The notes below the pieces were generated by a model. It saw only the letters and a program-made list of their open reading frames with translations, did no database searches and was not told where the DNA came from. Below are positions 34,515-42,787 of a DNA stretch of 64,000 nt, one piece after another. Positions within the stretch are counted from its first letter, which is position 1; each line of letters begins with the position of its first letter. Source of the stretch: Escherichia phage UPEC03; sequence record MW250785. One strand, written 5' to 3'. Made by a program: the position numbers and the translations under genes.

Positions 34515-34550
34515 TTTTCTTCCTTTTCATTATTCATGCGGTATGTGTAT

Positions 34551-34590
34551 ATAATACAAAAGCCCTCACGCGAACGCAAGGGCTTTTTTA
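34551..34590 (-). promoter_or_regulatory. PeSL-type terminator/early-promoter stem-loop (class A)
   Basis: - strand hairpin about 34587-34558, -35 TTGCGT (34579-34574), 17 nt spacer, -10 TATTAT (34556-34551). Confidence 0.65.
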
Positions 34591-34598
34591 ATCTTTTA

Positions 34599-35654
34599 TC
34601 AGAGTCCCGTGAAAGCTACAACGATTTGATAGTGGTCATCGAAGAATTCCCCTTGTCGTTGTACGACCTCATGTAAGGGCATCCAGAACGCCTCTAACGC
34701 ATCGTCAGAACCGCCCATAATGCGGGGCAGACTACCATCATTGTTAGGCTCTAACTTGATGTACTGCGCCACAGTCGGTTTTGAGAAGTGTACGGAACGC
34801 TTCGGATGATCGAACAACATCGAATTGCGGATTGAACCACGGATAACCTTTTCAGGAACCTTGATCCGTACCTCTTCGAGCAGTTCGCGGATCGCACAAT
34901 CCAGGAACGTTTCATTTGCGTTTTTGTGTCCGCCGGGAAGGGCTAACGCGTCTTTACCTGGGGCGAACTTACGACGAATTACCAGCAGGTGATTGTTGCA
35001 CACAACCACACTATCACCCGTGCAACAGTTTAGCGCGTCGGGGTATGGGTAGTTTTTGAATTTCTCCAATTCGCTTTCCCATTTCTCGTATTCGTAGAAT
35101 AAACGCCAGAACGTGTCTTCCATCATCCATTTGTCGATATAATCAACGGTTGCTTGAGGAACAAAGCGCAACAGTTTCTTATCCCACCCGTTTTTATGGT
35201 TAAAGATAATCGGACGCAGATCGGTTGCTGATAGATCCTTGCCGTTAATCTGGACAGGTGGAACTGGTACGTGTGTCCATCCGAACGCTTTAAGCCAGTA
35301 TGAACCTGCATCTTTTTCGTAACCGTAGATAGCGATTTTGTCGCCTTTGGTTTCCCTGATAGCAGTACGAACAGAGGTTTTCCATTTCTCTTCGTTGTAA
35401 AGATAATCTGGAATGTGCTCAAACTGAACACGAACAACATCTTCGATCGGGAAGTTAGCGTTTAACCATGAGAAGATCATGGTTTGACGCTCACGCGCCG
35501 TCAGCGGGTTTAAAACGTTAGGGTAAGCATATGCTGAACCCAGAAGGATGTAAACGATCTTTGCTTCTCCGAGTGCTTTACGCACCATTGCTGCATGACC
35601 ATTATGGAAGGGTTGGAATCTGCCAATTACGACAGCTTTATCAAATTGTTTCAT
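34599..35654 (-). CDS. natV: Bifunctional NMN adenylyltransferase / Nudix hydrolase (NatV-like)
   Basis: 351 aa from ATG 35654. N-terminal GRFQPFHNGH (HxGH nucleotidyltransferase motif). C-terminal Nudix box GGHKNANETFLDCAIRELLEEV. Confidence 0.8.
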   Translation of the reverse strand: MKQFDKAVVIGRFQPFHNGHAAMVRKALGEAKIVYILLGSAYAYPNVLNPLTARERQTMIFSWLNANFPIEDVVRVQFEHIPDYLYNEEKWKTSVRTAIRETKGDKIAIYGYEKDAGSYWLKAFGWTHVPVPPVQINGKDLSATDLRPIIFNHKNGWDKKLLRFVPQATVDYIDKWMMEDTFWRLFYEYEKWESELEKFKNYPYPDALNCCTGDSVVVCNNHLLVIRRKFAPGKDALALPGGHKNANETFLDCAIRELLEEVRIKVPEKVIRGSIRNSMLFDHPKRSVHFSKPTVAQYIKLEPNNDGSLPRIMGGSDDALEAFWMPLHEVVQRQGEFFDDHYQIVVAFTGL

Positions 35655-35679
35655 AACGTGCTCCACGTTTAAAGGTTAA

Positions 35680-35778
35680 TCATAAAACAGACGCAATCAC
35701 CAATACACCAAGAAAACCGCCAATAAAGCCGAAGAATAGCGAAATGAAGATAGTAAGGATGATCTGTTTTATGTTCAT
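35680..35778 (-). CDS. Small hydrophobic protein (32 aa; below track cutoff)
   Basis: MNIKQIILTIFISLFFGFIGGFLGVLVIASVL, a single TM helix. Confidence 0.35.
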   Translation of the reverse strand: MNIKQIILTIFISLFFGFIGGFLGVLVIASVL

Positions 35779-35798
35779 TGTAGTATTCTCGTTCGGAG

Positions 35799-35821
35799 AA
35801 AGCCCCCGCTCTGGGGGCTTT
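35799..35821 (-). terminator. GC hairpin after the SPFH gene
   Basis: AAAGCCCCC-(5 nt)-GGGGGCTTT with a weak T-run. Confidence 0.45.
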
Positions 35822-35827
35822 AAACCC

Positions 35828-36754
35828 TTATTTACGAGAATCGAAAATCACTTTACCAGCGTAATCAGAACCCATGACAGTTTGAGGTACACCGCCCTGA
35901 TATTTTTCCGCGATGGTCTGCTGAACATCAAGTTCTTTCCAGCGAATCATTTCTGGTGTAATGGTACGCTGCAACACGGCGTTCGCTTCGGCTTCTTTCT
36001 TAGCCGCATACAGACGGGCATCAGCATCACGCTCGTTAGCCTGTGCAGCATTGCTACGGGCTTCTTTATCGGCAATTGCCTGAACAACTGCCTGTTGAGC
36101 GATTTGCTCTTTACGTGCCAGTTCTGCTTTCTCTGCGTTCACCTGTTCTTCACGAATTTTCGTGTTTTCAACCTGCTTCTTGATCGCTTCCGGCAGGTCG
36201 ATATCCTGCAAGAATACCTGTTTCACGGTGTAACCGTAAGGGCGGGCATACTCTTCAACTTCCTGCTGGATCGCGATCTGTAGCTGGCTTTGAACTTCTG
36301 CATTATACAGATCCTGTGCTTTCGGTACAGATTTACCGAACTCACGGACAGTTGACAGAAGTTTTTCAGTCACATATTTATCCAGCGCCTGATCCTGACT
36401 ACCCGCATTGATACGGTTGATCGGGGCTTTGCTACCATCGAACTGTAACATCACGGTCATATCCACAGTGGATTTGAATTTATCCTGGGACGGAACCTGC
36501 AATTTGTCAAACTTCATTGCGATGTCTTTGGTGTTGAACACCTCGAAATCAGCCAGTGGATTTACCAGGTGGAAACCAGGCAGAACAGGCTTCGGTGAAA
36601 CTTTACCCATGAAGGTTTGAGTTTTTACCGTACCATCCTGAACGATAGTGTACGAGTTCGGAACCAGCCACAGAGCGGCGATTACGCCCAGAGCGATCAG
36701 TGTGGTTTTCTTCGGGTTGTTTACGATAGTGTTTAAGTTCATCATTATTTCCAT
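35828..36754 (-). CDS. SPFH / band-7 (prohibitin/HflC-like) membrane protein
   Basis: 308 aa. N-terminal TM helix, SPFH core and an Ala/Glu-rich coiled-coil tail. Start could be 36745 or 36742. Confidence 0.75.
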   Translation of the reverse strand: MEIMMNLNTIVNNPKKTTLIALGVIAALWLVPNSYTIVQDGTVKTQTFMGKVSPKPVLPGFHLVNPLADFEVFNTKDIAMKFDKLQVPSQDKFKSTVDMTVMLQFDGSKAPINRINAGSQDQALDKYVTEKLLSTVREFGKSVPKAQDLYNAEVQSQLQIAIQQEVEEYARPYGYTVKQVFLQDIDLPEAIKKQVENTKIREEQVNAEKAELARKEQIAQQAVVQAIADKEARSNAAQANERDADARLYAAKKEAEANAVLQRTITPEMIRWKELDVQQTIAEKYQGGVPQTVMGSDYAGKVIFDSRK

Positions 36755-36780
36755 TGGGTTTATGTTTCAATTCGATAGTT

Positions 36781-36808
36781 ATTCTATCATCACTTTTTCG
36801 CTTGTCAA
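36781..36808 (-). promoter_or_regulatory. Sigma70-type early promoter
   Basis: - strand TTGACA (36808-36803), 16 nt spacer, TAGAAT (36786-36781). Confidence 0.6.
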
Positions 36809-36815
36809 ACTCTTT

Positions 36816-37205
36816 TTAAGAAAGTTTTGTCAGCTTGTAAATCGTTTGATAGCACAAGCCTTTGATCTCGTCCAGGACGTTCTTCAATGAACTATCTACT
36901 GAATCATAGATTTCGTTGGCTTCATCGGCTATTTTACGGAGATACGCGACCGTGTCAAGCACATTTTCTGTTTTTAATACGGGTTTGTATCGACCAGTAA
37001 TGCCTATATGGATTTCGGTGAATTTATCAACCAAATCCTGCATATCTTCGTAAAACCCTTCAAATGCTTTATGCTGTGAATATGAACCAGTCGCAAAATG
37101 TGCGCTGTGCATATAGGTTACAGACATTAAGCAAGTGCCAATAAAGGCATCAATTTTACTCGCGGTATCGCGTTCTGTTACTTCGTTAAACGTCTGCATC
37201 TTCAT
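36816..37205 (-). CDS. Dps/ferritin-like four-helix-bundle protein
   Basis: 129 aa. HSAHFATGSYSQHKAFEGFYEDMQDLVDKFTE fits the Dps pattern H..V.G..F...H..FE..Y. Confidence 0.45.
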   Translation of the reverse strand: MKMQTFNEVTERDTASKIDAFIGTCLMSVTYMHSAHFATGSYSQHKAFEGFYEDMQDLVDKFTEIHIGITGRYKPVLKTENVLDTVAYLRKIADEANEIYDSVDSSLKNVLDEIKGLCYQTIYKLTKLS

Positions 37206-37208
37206 CCC

Positions 37209-37493
37209 TTATGAACGATGAATAGCGGCGAATTCACTTGCAACCCGTAGCCCTAAACGTTTACATTCGGGTTCGGATTTACATTGCTTCTGCTGCCATT
37301 TTCGTTCCATGTAATTATAGAATAGTTCACTGATATTTACGCTGGGAGGGATGGTGTCAAGATATACCTGTAGCGCCGCATTGATATAGTAATCGAACTC
37401 TTTGGCGACTACTGACCTATCATCAGCATGTGATGACGGAGACAAGATTAACAAACCAAACATCAGCGCTTTAGATATGCGTTTAATGTTCAT
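37209..37493 (-). CDS. Secreted small protein (94 aa)
   Basis: Signal peptide MNIKRISKALMFGLLILSPSSHA|DDR. The same HADDR junction occurs in the ORF at 39930-40250. Confidence 0.55.
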   Translation of the reverse strand: MNIKRISKALMFGLLILSPSSHADDRSVVAKEFDYYINAALQVYLDTIPPSVNISELFYNYMERKWQQKQCKSEPECKRLGLRVASEFAAIHRS

Positions 37494-37543
37494 AAGCAAT
37501 TCTCTACGTGCTTACGGATCAACAATAGATCCGTTCCTGTATA

Positions 37544-37551
37544 TATTTATA
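37544..37551 (-). promoter_or_regulatory. T4-type late promoter TATAAATA
   Basis: Exact TATAAATA on the - strand just after the terminator, 50 nt upstream of ATG 37493. A 7-bp hairpin ACGGATC/GATCCGT lies in the leader. Confidence 0.55.
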
Positions 37552-37553
37552 GC

Positions 37554-37576
37554 AAAAAAGGGGCGATTCGCCCCTT
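37554..37576 (-). terminator. Rho-independent terminator
   Basis: - strand AAGGGGCG-AAT-CGCCCCTT followed by TTTTTT. Confidence 0.75.
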
Positions 37577-37600
37577 ATGTAAAATTAGTCTAAAAATACA

Positions 37601-37993
37601 TCAAGTTATCTCATACCAGCATAAGCTACGCTCAAAAGCGCGGATCTTATTTGCGTTCTCGATATTTTCATCCCATCCAATCACGCCAGCTTTCATCCGG
37701 CGTAACTCCTGACGCATTTTAGCGCGTACTTTCGAATCAATCTTTTTGACTGCGATTGAAAGCATCGCGGAGATATCACGATGAGCTTTGTTACCGTCGC
37801 GATTCAGGTTTTTATCGAACCGGATATATGCACAACCTGATTTGTGTTTCCAGTTGGTTGAGTACCAACGAATACCATCAGGGCTTTCTCCGTGCTGTGC
37901 ATAATACTGTGAAAATGCTTTTGTCTCTTCGATTTGTTCGATAGAGGACTTATCACGGACTGGAACATATTTCTTACGGTAAGTACGGCTCAT
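37601..37993 (-). CDS. Basic hypothetical protein (130 aa)
   Basis: SD-like AAAGGAGAAC upstream. Confidence 0.6.
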   Translation of the reverse strand: MSRTYRKKYVPVRDKSSIEQIEETKAFSQYYAQHGESPDGIRWYSTNWKHKSGCAYIRFDKNLNRDGNKAHRDISAMLSIAVKKIDSKVRAKMRQELRRMKAGVIGWDENIENANKIRAFERSLCWYEIT

Positions 37994-38023
37994 AGTGTTC
38001 TCCTTTGTTTGTCTGAATACACC

Positions 38024-38608
38024 TTAACAGTTCAGACCAACATTATCAAGAAGTTTTTCGTGATAATGTTTGCGACAGAGCGAAACGTATTTGTCTTCGG
38101 CTCCGATCTCAACCTGCGCCCCTTCGGTTACGAAGTTGCCTTGTGCGTCGATACGTGCAACCGTAGTTGCTTTACGCCCACAGTGACACATTCCGCGCAG
38201 TTCTCGGATCTCGTCTGCCCAGGCCAGCAACCAGTAAGAACCCTCGAACAGATTCAACTGAAAATCAGTACGCAGACCGTAAGCCATTACAGGGATTTCG
38301 AGTTCATCAACAACGCGACATAGATCGAAAACGTTTTTCTTCGAAAGGAATTGCGCCTCGTCAACGAAGATGCAAGCAATTTTATTCCGGCGCTGAATGT
38401 CCCAGAACAGATCCATATCAGGCGCAATCAATTCACACTTTTCGTTCAGCCCGATACGCGAACTCACTGTGTTTGATGTGCGGGTGTCGATTGCTGGCTT
38501 ATAGATTACAACTCGCATACCGCGCTCTTTGTAATTGTGCGCGTCCGTCAATAGTCGCGCACTTTTGCCAGCGTTCATGGATGCATAGTGATAATACAAT
38601 TTAGCCAT
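38024..38608 (-). CDS. tk: Thymidine kinase
   Basis: 194 aa from ATG 38608. MAKLYYHYASMNAGKSARLL, VDEAQFL and CHCGRKAT..CRKHY resemble E. coli Tdk and T4 Tk. Confidence 0.92.
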   Translation of the reverse strand: MAKLYYHYASMNAGKSARLLTDAHNYKERGMRVVIYKPAIDTRTSNTVSSRIGLNEKCELIAPDMDLFWDIQRRNKIACIFVDEAQFLSKKNVFDLCRVVDELEIPVMAYGLRTDFQLNLFEGSYWLLAWADEIRELRGMCHCGRKATTVARIDAQGNFVTEGAQVEIGAEDKYVSLCRKHYHEKLLDNVGLNC

Positions 38609-38831
38609 TGACACGCTCCACAAACTTAATATGATTCTGGAATTTGCCCTCACCTTCATGGTTTTTGCATGTTTTGTTTGAACAGTATATCCACCAATCC
38701 CACTCGTCGTAAGGGGGTTTGTCAATGTTCATGACGCAAATCAAAGGAAAATGACAATCCCGACAACGAACTTTTTCTATAATGTGTGCGTTAGCCAATT
38801 GAAAACCATCCTTTACCCATGAGTTTTTCAT
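38601..38831 (-). CDS. Cys-rich hypothetical protein (76 aa; start uncertain)
   Basis: CRDCHFPLIC...YCSNKTCKNH. Overlaps the upstream ORF; an alternative TTG start near 38794 is possible. Confidence 0.45.
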   Translation of the reverse strand: MKNSWVKDGFQLANAHIIEKVRCRDCHFPLICVMNIDKPPYDEWDWWIYCSNKTCKNHEGEGKFQNHIKFVERVNG

Positions 38832-39006
38832 TATGTCGCGCAAGATGCTCTTTGATTTCCGGTATCTGGATAGCAATATCATACTCTTCTTTCGTCATAG
38901 TATGATTTGCGCAACCCATACACCCGCACACCTGCGCGTTACACCAACGGAGTGTTCCGTATGTCGCAATCACCTTCATTGCTTTAGCTTTGATTTTGTC
39001 AGTCAT
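38791..39006 (-). CDS. Cys-rich hypothetical protein (71 aa)
   Basis: WCNAQVCGCMGCANH cluster. Confidence 0.5.
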   Translation of the reverse strand: MTDKIKAKAMKVIATYGTLRWCNAQVCGCMGCANHTMTKEEYDIAIQIPEIKEHLARHNEKLMGKGWFSIG

Positions 39007-39211
39007 GATTAGCTCGCTCCACCGCTACCGCATCACGAACAGCATCGGTGATTTCATTTTCAACGAAATCCAGGATATCCGCTGTAATATCGTCGATACA
39101 GGATTGATTGTAGTTACGTGAATCAGGATCATCATCTTCGGCATAATCCTGATACGCTTCGCCCAGTTGTTTCAGCTTGTGTTTTAACAGCTTTTGTTCT
39201 TGCGGTCTCAT
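38999..39211 (-). CDS. Acidic hypothetical protein (70 aa)
   Basis: ATGA-coupled to the macro-domain gene. Confidence 0.5.
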   Translation of the reverse strand: MRPQEQKLLKHKLKQLGEAYQDYAEDDDPDSRNYNQSCIDDITADILDFVENEITDAVRDAVAVERANHD

Positions 39212-39705
39212 GATAAATCCGCCTTATGTGGATCAACCGATGGATCGAAGTGAACAACGATGATTGGATAATCACCCGTACACTCGTCGATAATGGCGCT
39301 AATACGCAACCAATCGCCACCAGCAAGCCCCGCACCGATAAGAGGGGTAATGATAGGCAATTTTTCAGGAAACGCACTGGCGCGTTCTACGGCGCTCACA
39401 AAGCATGATCGGATTGCGTCATAATCCACTTGCGGGCCAGTACCCCAGAATTTAAACTGAGTGTAGGCATTGAAGACAATCTGACCTTCTTCCGTCATGT
39501 AGATGGAGTTAGTGCCTAACTTACGCTGGTCTCCTTTCATCGTCAATGCATCAATTTTGAACGCACCAGGGATTTTGTGCTTCACTTCTTTAGCAATACC
39601 CGCACCCATGTTGCAATAACAGTTACACCCATGAATCAAGTGTACTTTTCGTTTCAGGAACAACTCTACAGCGTTCCCTTTGATTTCTTTAATAATCATT
39701 TTCAT
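39208..39705 (-). CDS. Macro domain (ADP-ribose binding/hydrolase) protein
   Basis: 165 aa. HGCNCYCNMGAGIAKE and PLIGAGLAGGDW match the macro-domain phosphate-binding loops. Confidence 0.75.
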   Translation of the reverse strand: MKMIIKEIKGNAVELFLKRKVHLIHGCNCYCNMGAGIAKEVKHKIPGAFKIDALTMKGDQRKLGTNSIYMTEEGQIVFNAYTQFKFWGTGPQVDYDAIRSCFVSAVERASAFPEKLPIITPLIGAGLAGGDWLRISAIIDECTGDYPIIVVHFDPSVDPHKADLS

Positions 39706-39787
39706 CACCTGTATAGTGGCGGTAAGCCAGCACAGCCAGCCCCGCGATCACAACAATAACACACATTAAGATATAACCTGTGTTCAT
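39689..39787 (-). CDS. Small TM protein (32 aa; below track cutoff)
   Basis: MNTGYILMCVIVVIAGLAVLAYRHYTGDENDY. ATGA-coupled to the upstream mini-ORF. Confidence 0.3.
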   Translation of the reverse strand: MNTGYILMCVIVVIAGLAVLAYRHYTGDENDY

Positions 39788-39930
39788 TTAAATTGGTCAT
39801 CCCATCTTTGCCACGCTTCCAACTCGTCATCATATACAGGGAACGAGCTTTCGTTTGGCTTTTTAACGTAATACCAGATAATGATTGCAGCAGCAATCAC
39901 ACACCCATAAAAGATCACTAATCCCAACAT
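39784..39930 (-). CDS. Small TM protein (48 aa; below track cutoff)
   Basis: MLGLVIFYGCVIAAAIIIWYYVKKPNESSFPVYDDELEAWQRWDDQFK. TGATG-coupled upstream. Confidence 0.4.
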   Translation of the reverse strand: MLGLVIFYGCVIAAAIIIWYYVKKPNESSFPVYDDELEAWQRWDDQFK

Positions 39931-40250
39931 CAGTATAATCCTATACCAGCGTTATATTCTTCAACCAGGTAAGTACGGAGTTTTTCACAACGTTCCTTAT
40001 TTGGCGCTTTGGTGCAGAGGTTCATCATCGGTTCAGACTGCAAAAACTCACGCTGTTTAACCAGCTTCTGACGCTTGAAGAGGTGCGCATTTTCTTCGCC
40101 CCATACATAAGCCGCGTCCAGTTGTTCAGCGATTACCTGTTCACATACCGCAACGTCTTTAATGTCACGATTATTGCAGAGTTCAGCCAGTCGATCATCA
40201 GCATGAGCAAAGCCAGCAAACAGAGTGAGTAACAGCGCAAGTTTTTTCAT
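39930..40250 (-). CDS. Secreted small protein (106 aa)
   Basis: Signal peptide MKKLALLLTLFAGFAHA|DDR. Confidence 0.6.
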   Translation of the reverse strand: MKKLALLLTLFAGFAHADDRLAELCNNRDIKDVAVCEQVIAEQLDAAYVWGEENAHLFKRQKLVKQREFLQSEPMMNLCTKAPNKERCEKLRTYLVEEYNAGIGLY

Positions 40251-40259
40251 CGTTTTACC

Positions 40260-40871
40260 TTAGTATGAATCGTTTTCGATAGGGGTATAATAATGGGTTT
40301 CGCAGACATAAGCAAGCACTGATCGCAAACTATCGCTTTCAAATTCTGGCTTTTGATTGAGTTCCAGACTCCAGCCAGTGAAGCACATCCAGCGTTCTTC
40401 TGCAACGTCAAAGGCTAACCAATACATGTTGAACTGTGAACATGTATGTTCGAAGATGTCGAATAGTAGTTTACCGCCGATCGGTTTCACATATGGTTTC
40501 ACGCGTTGAAGCGATTTCAGGACTGTTTCGAGGTTACTGCGATCCTCATTCATCGCGATACGAAGAATATGCTGATTGGTTTCTGGGTTGTATCCATCAA
40601 TCCCCAACCCCATATCCTGGAAGAACTTAGTCGCATCATGGAAAATCTCTCGTCCGCTGTTCGGGGAATTGATGTAAAACTTAATGCGTTGTTTTGGAGT
40701 CATCGCGCGGACACGGGAAGCGGTTTTGTGATCGATCTCTTCTTTGATGTCTTTGCGAGCGTTCAGAAGTTTATTCAGCTTTTCCTGGTAAGGTTTCATT
40801 ACCGCCCTGATCTCGTCGATACGTTCATCAACGATCGCTAACTGCTGTTCCGGTGTCAGTTTAGTTTCCAT
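40260..40871 (-). CDS. Hypothetical protein (203 aa)
   Basis: Tightly packed with its neighbours. Confidence 0.6.
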   Translation of the reverse strand: METKLTPEQQLAIVDERIDEIRAVMKPYQEKLNKLLNARKDIKEEIDHKTASRVRAMTPKQRIKFYINSPNSGREIFHDATKFFQDMGLGIDGYNPETNQHILRIAMNEDRSNLETVLKSLQRVKPYVKPIGGKLLFDIFEHTCSQFNMYWLAFDVAEERWMCFTGWSLELNQKPEFESDSLRSVLAYVCETHYYTPIENDSY

Positions 40872-40872
40872 G

Positions 40873-41277
40873 TTAAGCCCCTACGCACACAAAGCGATCT
40901 TCAATTGCATCATTAACACATTCGTAAATGCTAACGTCATTCGGGACGTGCTTACGAATACCCACTTTCACGATATCCATGATCTCTTTGTTGCTGCCCC
41001 ACACGTTCAGGTTGAAGTAAACACCGCCGCTATGAATTGTGCTGTTGCCAACATCAAGATACGTATCTTGACTTTCGCAGATAAACAGTTTGCGTTTTTC
41101 TTCTCCGTATGCGAAGTAGATACTGAACGATTCCATACGATGACGATCGACCGTGATGGTTTCCACTTTAACCTTTGGATCTTTGTTCAGTTCATCTAAC
41201 ACACCCTGAATGATGTGCAGCATGTTCGGCTTGATGATAGTCGGATGACTGGTGATAACTCGATGTGATGTGCTCAT
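40873..41277 (-). CDS. Hypothetical protein (134 aa)
   Basis: SD GAGGA upstream; first ORF after the PeSL. Confidence 0.6.
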   Translation of the reverse strand: MSTSHRVITSHPTIIKPNMLHIIQGVLDELNKDPKVKVETITVDRHRMESFSIYFAYGEEKRKLFICESQDTYLDVGNSTIHSGGVYFNLNVWGSNKEIMDIVKVGIRKHVPNDVSIYECVNDAIEDRFVCVGA

Positions 41278-41305
41278 AATTTAATCCTCAATAGTTGGTA
41301 CACAC

Positions 41306-41343
41306 ATAATAAAAAAGCCCCTGCGAAAATGCAAGGGCTTTTT
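41306..41343 (-). promoter_or_regulatory. PeSL-type terminator/early-promoter stem-loop (class A)
   Basis: - strand hairpin 41343-41312, -35 TTGCAT (41334-41329), 17 nt spacer, -10 TATTAT (41311-41306). Confidence 0.65.
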
Positions 41344-41344
41344 A

Positions 41345-41992
41345 TCAGATAATGCGTTTTTCTTCTAACAGCTTCGCGGTATGGTTAACCATGCGAGCAT
41401 AATCACGGGCTTCTTTCTTTGAATACTTGAACCCCGCGTTGTAACTCGCCAGCGCCTTTTTCAAGTCGCCTTTGTGGTAATCAAGCCAGTATTCCAGTTC
41501 GTGAAGTGCGTACTTGGAACCACCCCGAAGGGTTTCGAGCTTATTGATTACTACGCGTTTGGAATATGATTTATCCATTCGTGCGGACGCGCTACGGGCT
41601 GTTACTTGAAAACAACCATAAGCATGATGATTCTTTTTGCCTTTCCCTACGTTCTCACATGCGCGAGACTCGATCCAGGCAATAGCCGCTAAATGATATC
41701 CCAAACGTTTCGATGTTTCCGATTCAACTGGCTTTGCAGTTTTGAGATCGTATTCGTTACCGATCCTGAAAGCGTACTCCAAAACCTTTTTCTGCTTTGG
41801 TGTAATATCATCCAATTCCTTAACATAGCTGAGGGCATTGGCTGGCGCTTTCTTCATTACTGTTGCTTGTTGTAGCGGTAAAGTTGACTTCACAGAAGGG
41901 AGTGTTTGGATAAACTCTCCTAACGGATCAGTCGCCGCGTTGCCAGAAAAAGAGCATAAGAAAATGCTGGCAGCAAAGATAATTTTCTTCAT
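41345..41992 (-). CDS. Secreted lytic transglycosylase (SLT domain)
   Basis: 215 aa from ATG 41992. Signal peptide MKKIIFAASIFLCSFSGNAA. Contains AIAWIESR, YGCFQV and YNAG. Confidence 0.75.
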   Translation of the reverse strand: MKKIIFAASIFLCSFSGNAATDPLGEFIQTLPSVKSTLPLQQATVMKKAPANALSYVKELDDITPKQKKVLEYAFRIGNEYDLKTAKPVESETSKRLGYHLAAIAWIESRACENVGKGKKNHHAYGCFQVTARSASARMDKSYSKRVVINKLETLRGGSKYALHELEYWLDYHKGDLKKALASYNAGFKYSKKEARDYARMVNHTAKLLEEKRII

Positions 41993-42043
41993 TGTAATAC
42001 CTATTTGTAACAAGAGAGGGCTATGATACCCTCGTCTTATTAT

Positions 42044-42613
42044 TTATGCAACGATTTTACGCTGTTTTGCTTCGGTCAGCTTTTTCTCGATGAATTCAGC
42101 AATGTTATAGTTTGAAATTGACGCAATCGGATCGTACAGCGCTATGATTTCATCAAACGATACCCGAACCACATGTTTAAAGTAAACGCTCCAGCTTGTC
42201 GTAAAGATTTCGCTGTGATCAAATCCACAATTAGGACTGAACAAGGCGCGGTATTGGTATCCGCTGTATTTGGTCAGACGGCTTGTGCTGTGCGCGTTAC
42301 TGGTGATGAGGAATTTCCCTGTGTGAGTCTCAACCACGAAGAAATAACCCAGACGTTCTTTGTTGTCCAGCATCGTTTCAAACTTACGATTGTTTTCTTC
42401 GCGCTCAACACGGGTTTCGATCATCTTCCAGACCTGTTCATATTCAGGCCAATCATGCTCGACAACAACCCCTTTTATGGGTTCTTTGCCTTGCTCTTTA
42501 CGATAGCGATCAATTTTATTCACTACCGCAGAGAGAAGCAGTTTGTCGCTATCACTTAACGCCGCATCAATATCCGCATATTTAAGCACTGCATAACGTT
42601 CTTCGCGTTTCAT
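42044..42613 (-). CDS. Hypothetical protein (189 aa)
   Basis: ATGA-coupled to the upstream mini-ORF. Confidence 0.6.
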   Translation of the reverse strand: MKREERYAVLKYADIDAALSDSDKLLLSAVVNKIDRYRKEQGKEPIKGVVVEHDWPEYEQVWKMIETRVEREENNRKFETMLDNKERLGYFFVVETHTGKFLITSNAHSTSRLTKYSGYQYRALFSPNCGFDHSEIFTTSWSVYFKHVVRVSFDEIIALYDPIASISNYNIAEFIEKKLTEAKQRKIVA

Positions 42614-42780
42614 ACTACTACATCCTTATCACAGACTGGACACCGGATCACACGATACACATCACGACCGCCAGTGTAATCAGTAGATACCTTTTCTTTG
42701 ACATCCTGCGCAGTGTATGACAGAACAGCACCACAACGACAGGCAGTTTGTTTTGGGGTAATGCTTACAACTTGAACCAT
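42610..42780 (-). CDS. Small zinc-ribbon protein (56 aa; below track cutoff)
   Basis: MVQVVSITPKQTACRCG...RCPVCDKDVVV. SD GAGGT upstream. Paralog of 42788-42982. Confidence 0.55.
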   Translation of the reverse strand: MVQVVSITPKQTACRCGAVLSYTAQDVKEKVSTDYTGGRDVYRVIRCPVCDKDVVV

Positions 42781-42787
42781 AATAACC

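Noticed and set aside
35744-36283. Long antisense ORFs in the track: 35744-36283 +, 45801-46442 +, 57147-57776 +, 27625-28179 +, 14371-14919 -, 59925-60494 -, 2773-3351 - and 6430-6951 -
   Set aside because: Each lies opposite a gene with clear family motifs (SPFH, 2H phosphoesterase, vWA, ligase, NrdB, PseT) or opposite coupled ORFs with SDs. Their translations are low-complexity or Cys/Arg/Ser-rich and they lack ribosome-binding sites.
39705-39896. 63-aa - strand track ORF (MLLQSLSGITLKSQ...)
   Set aside because: Other frames in the same interval give two ATGA-coupled hydrophobic mini-ORFs (39784-39930 and 39689-39787). Those fit the gene-packing pattern better. The 63-aa frame has no SD and an odd composition.
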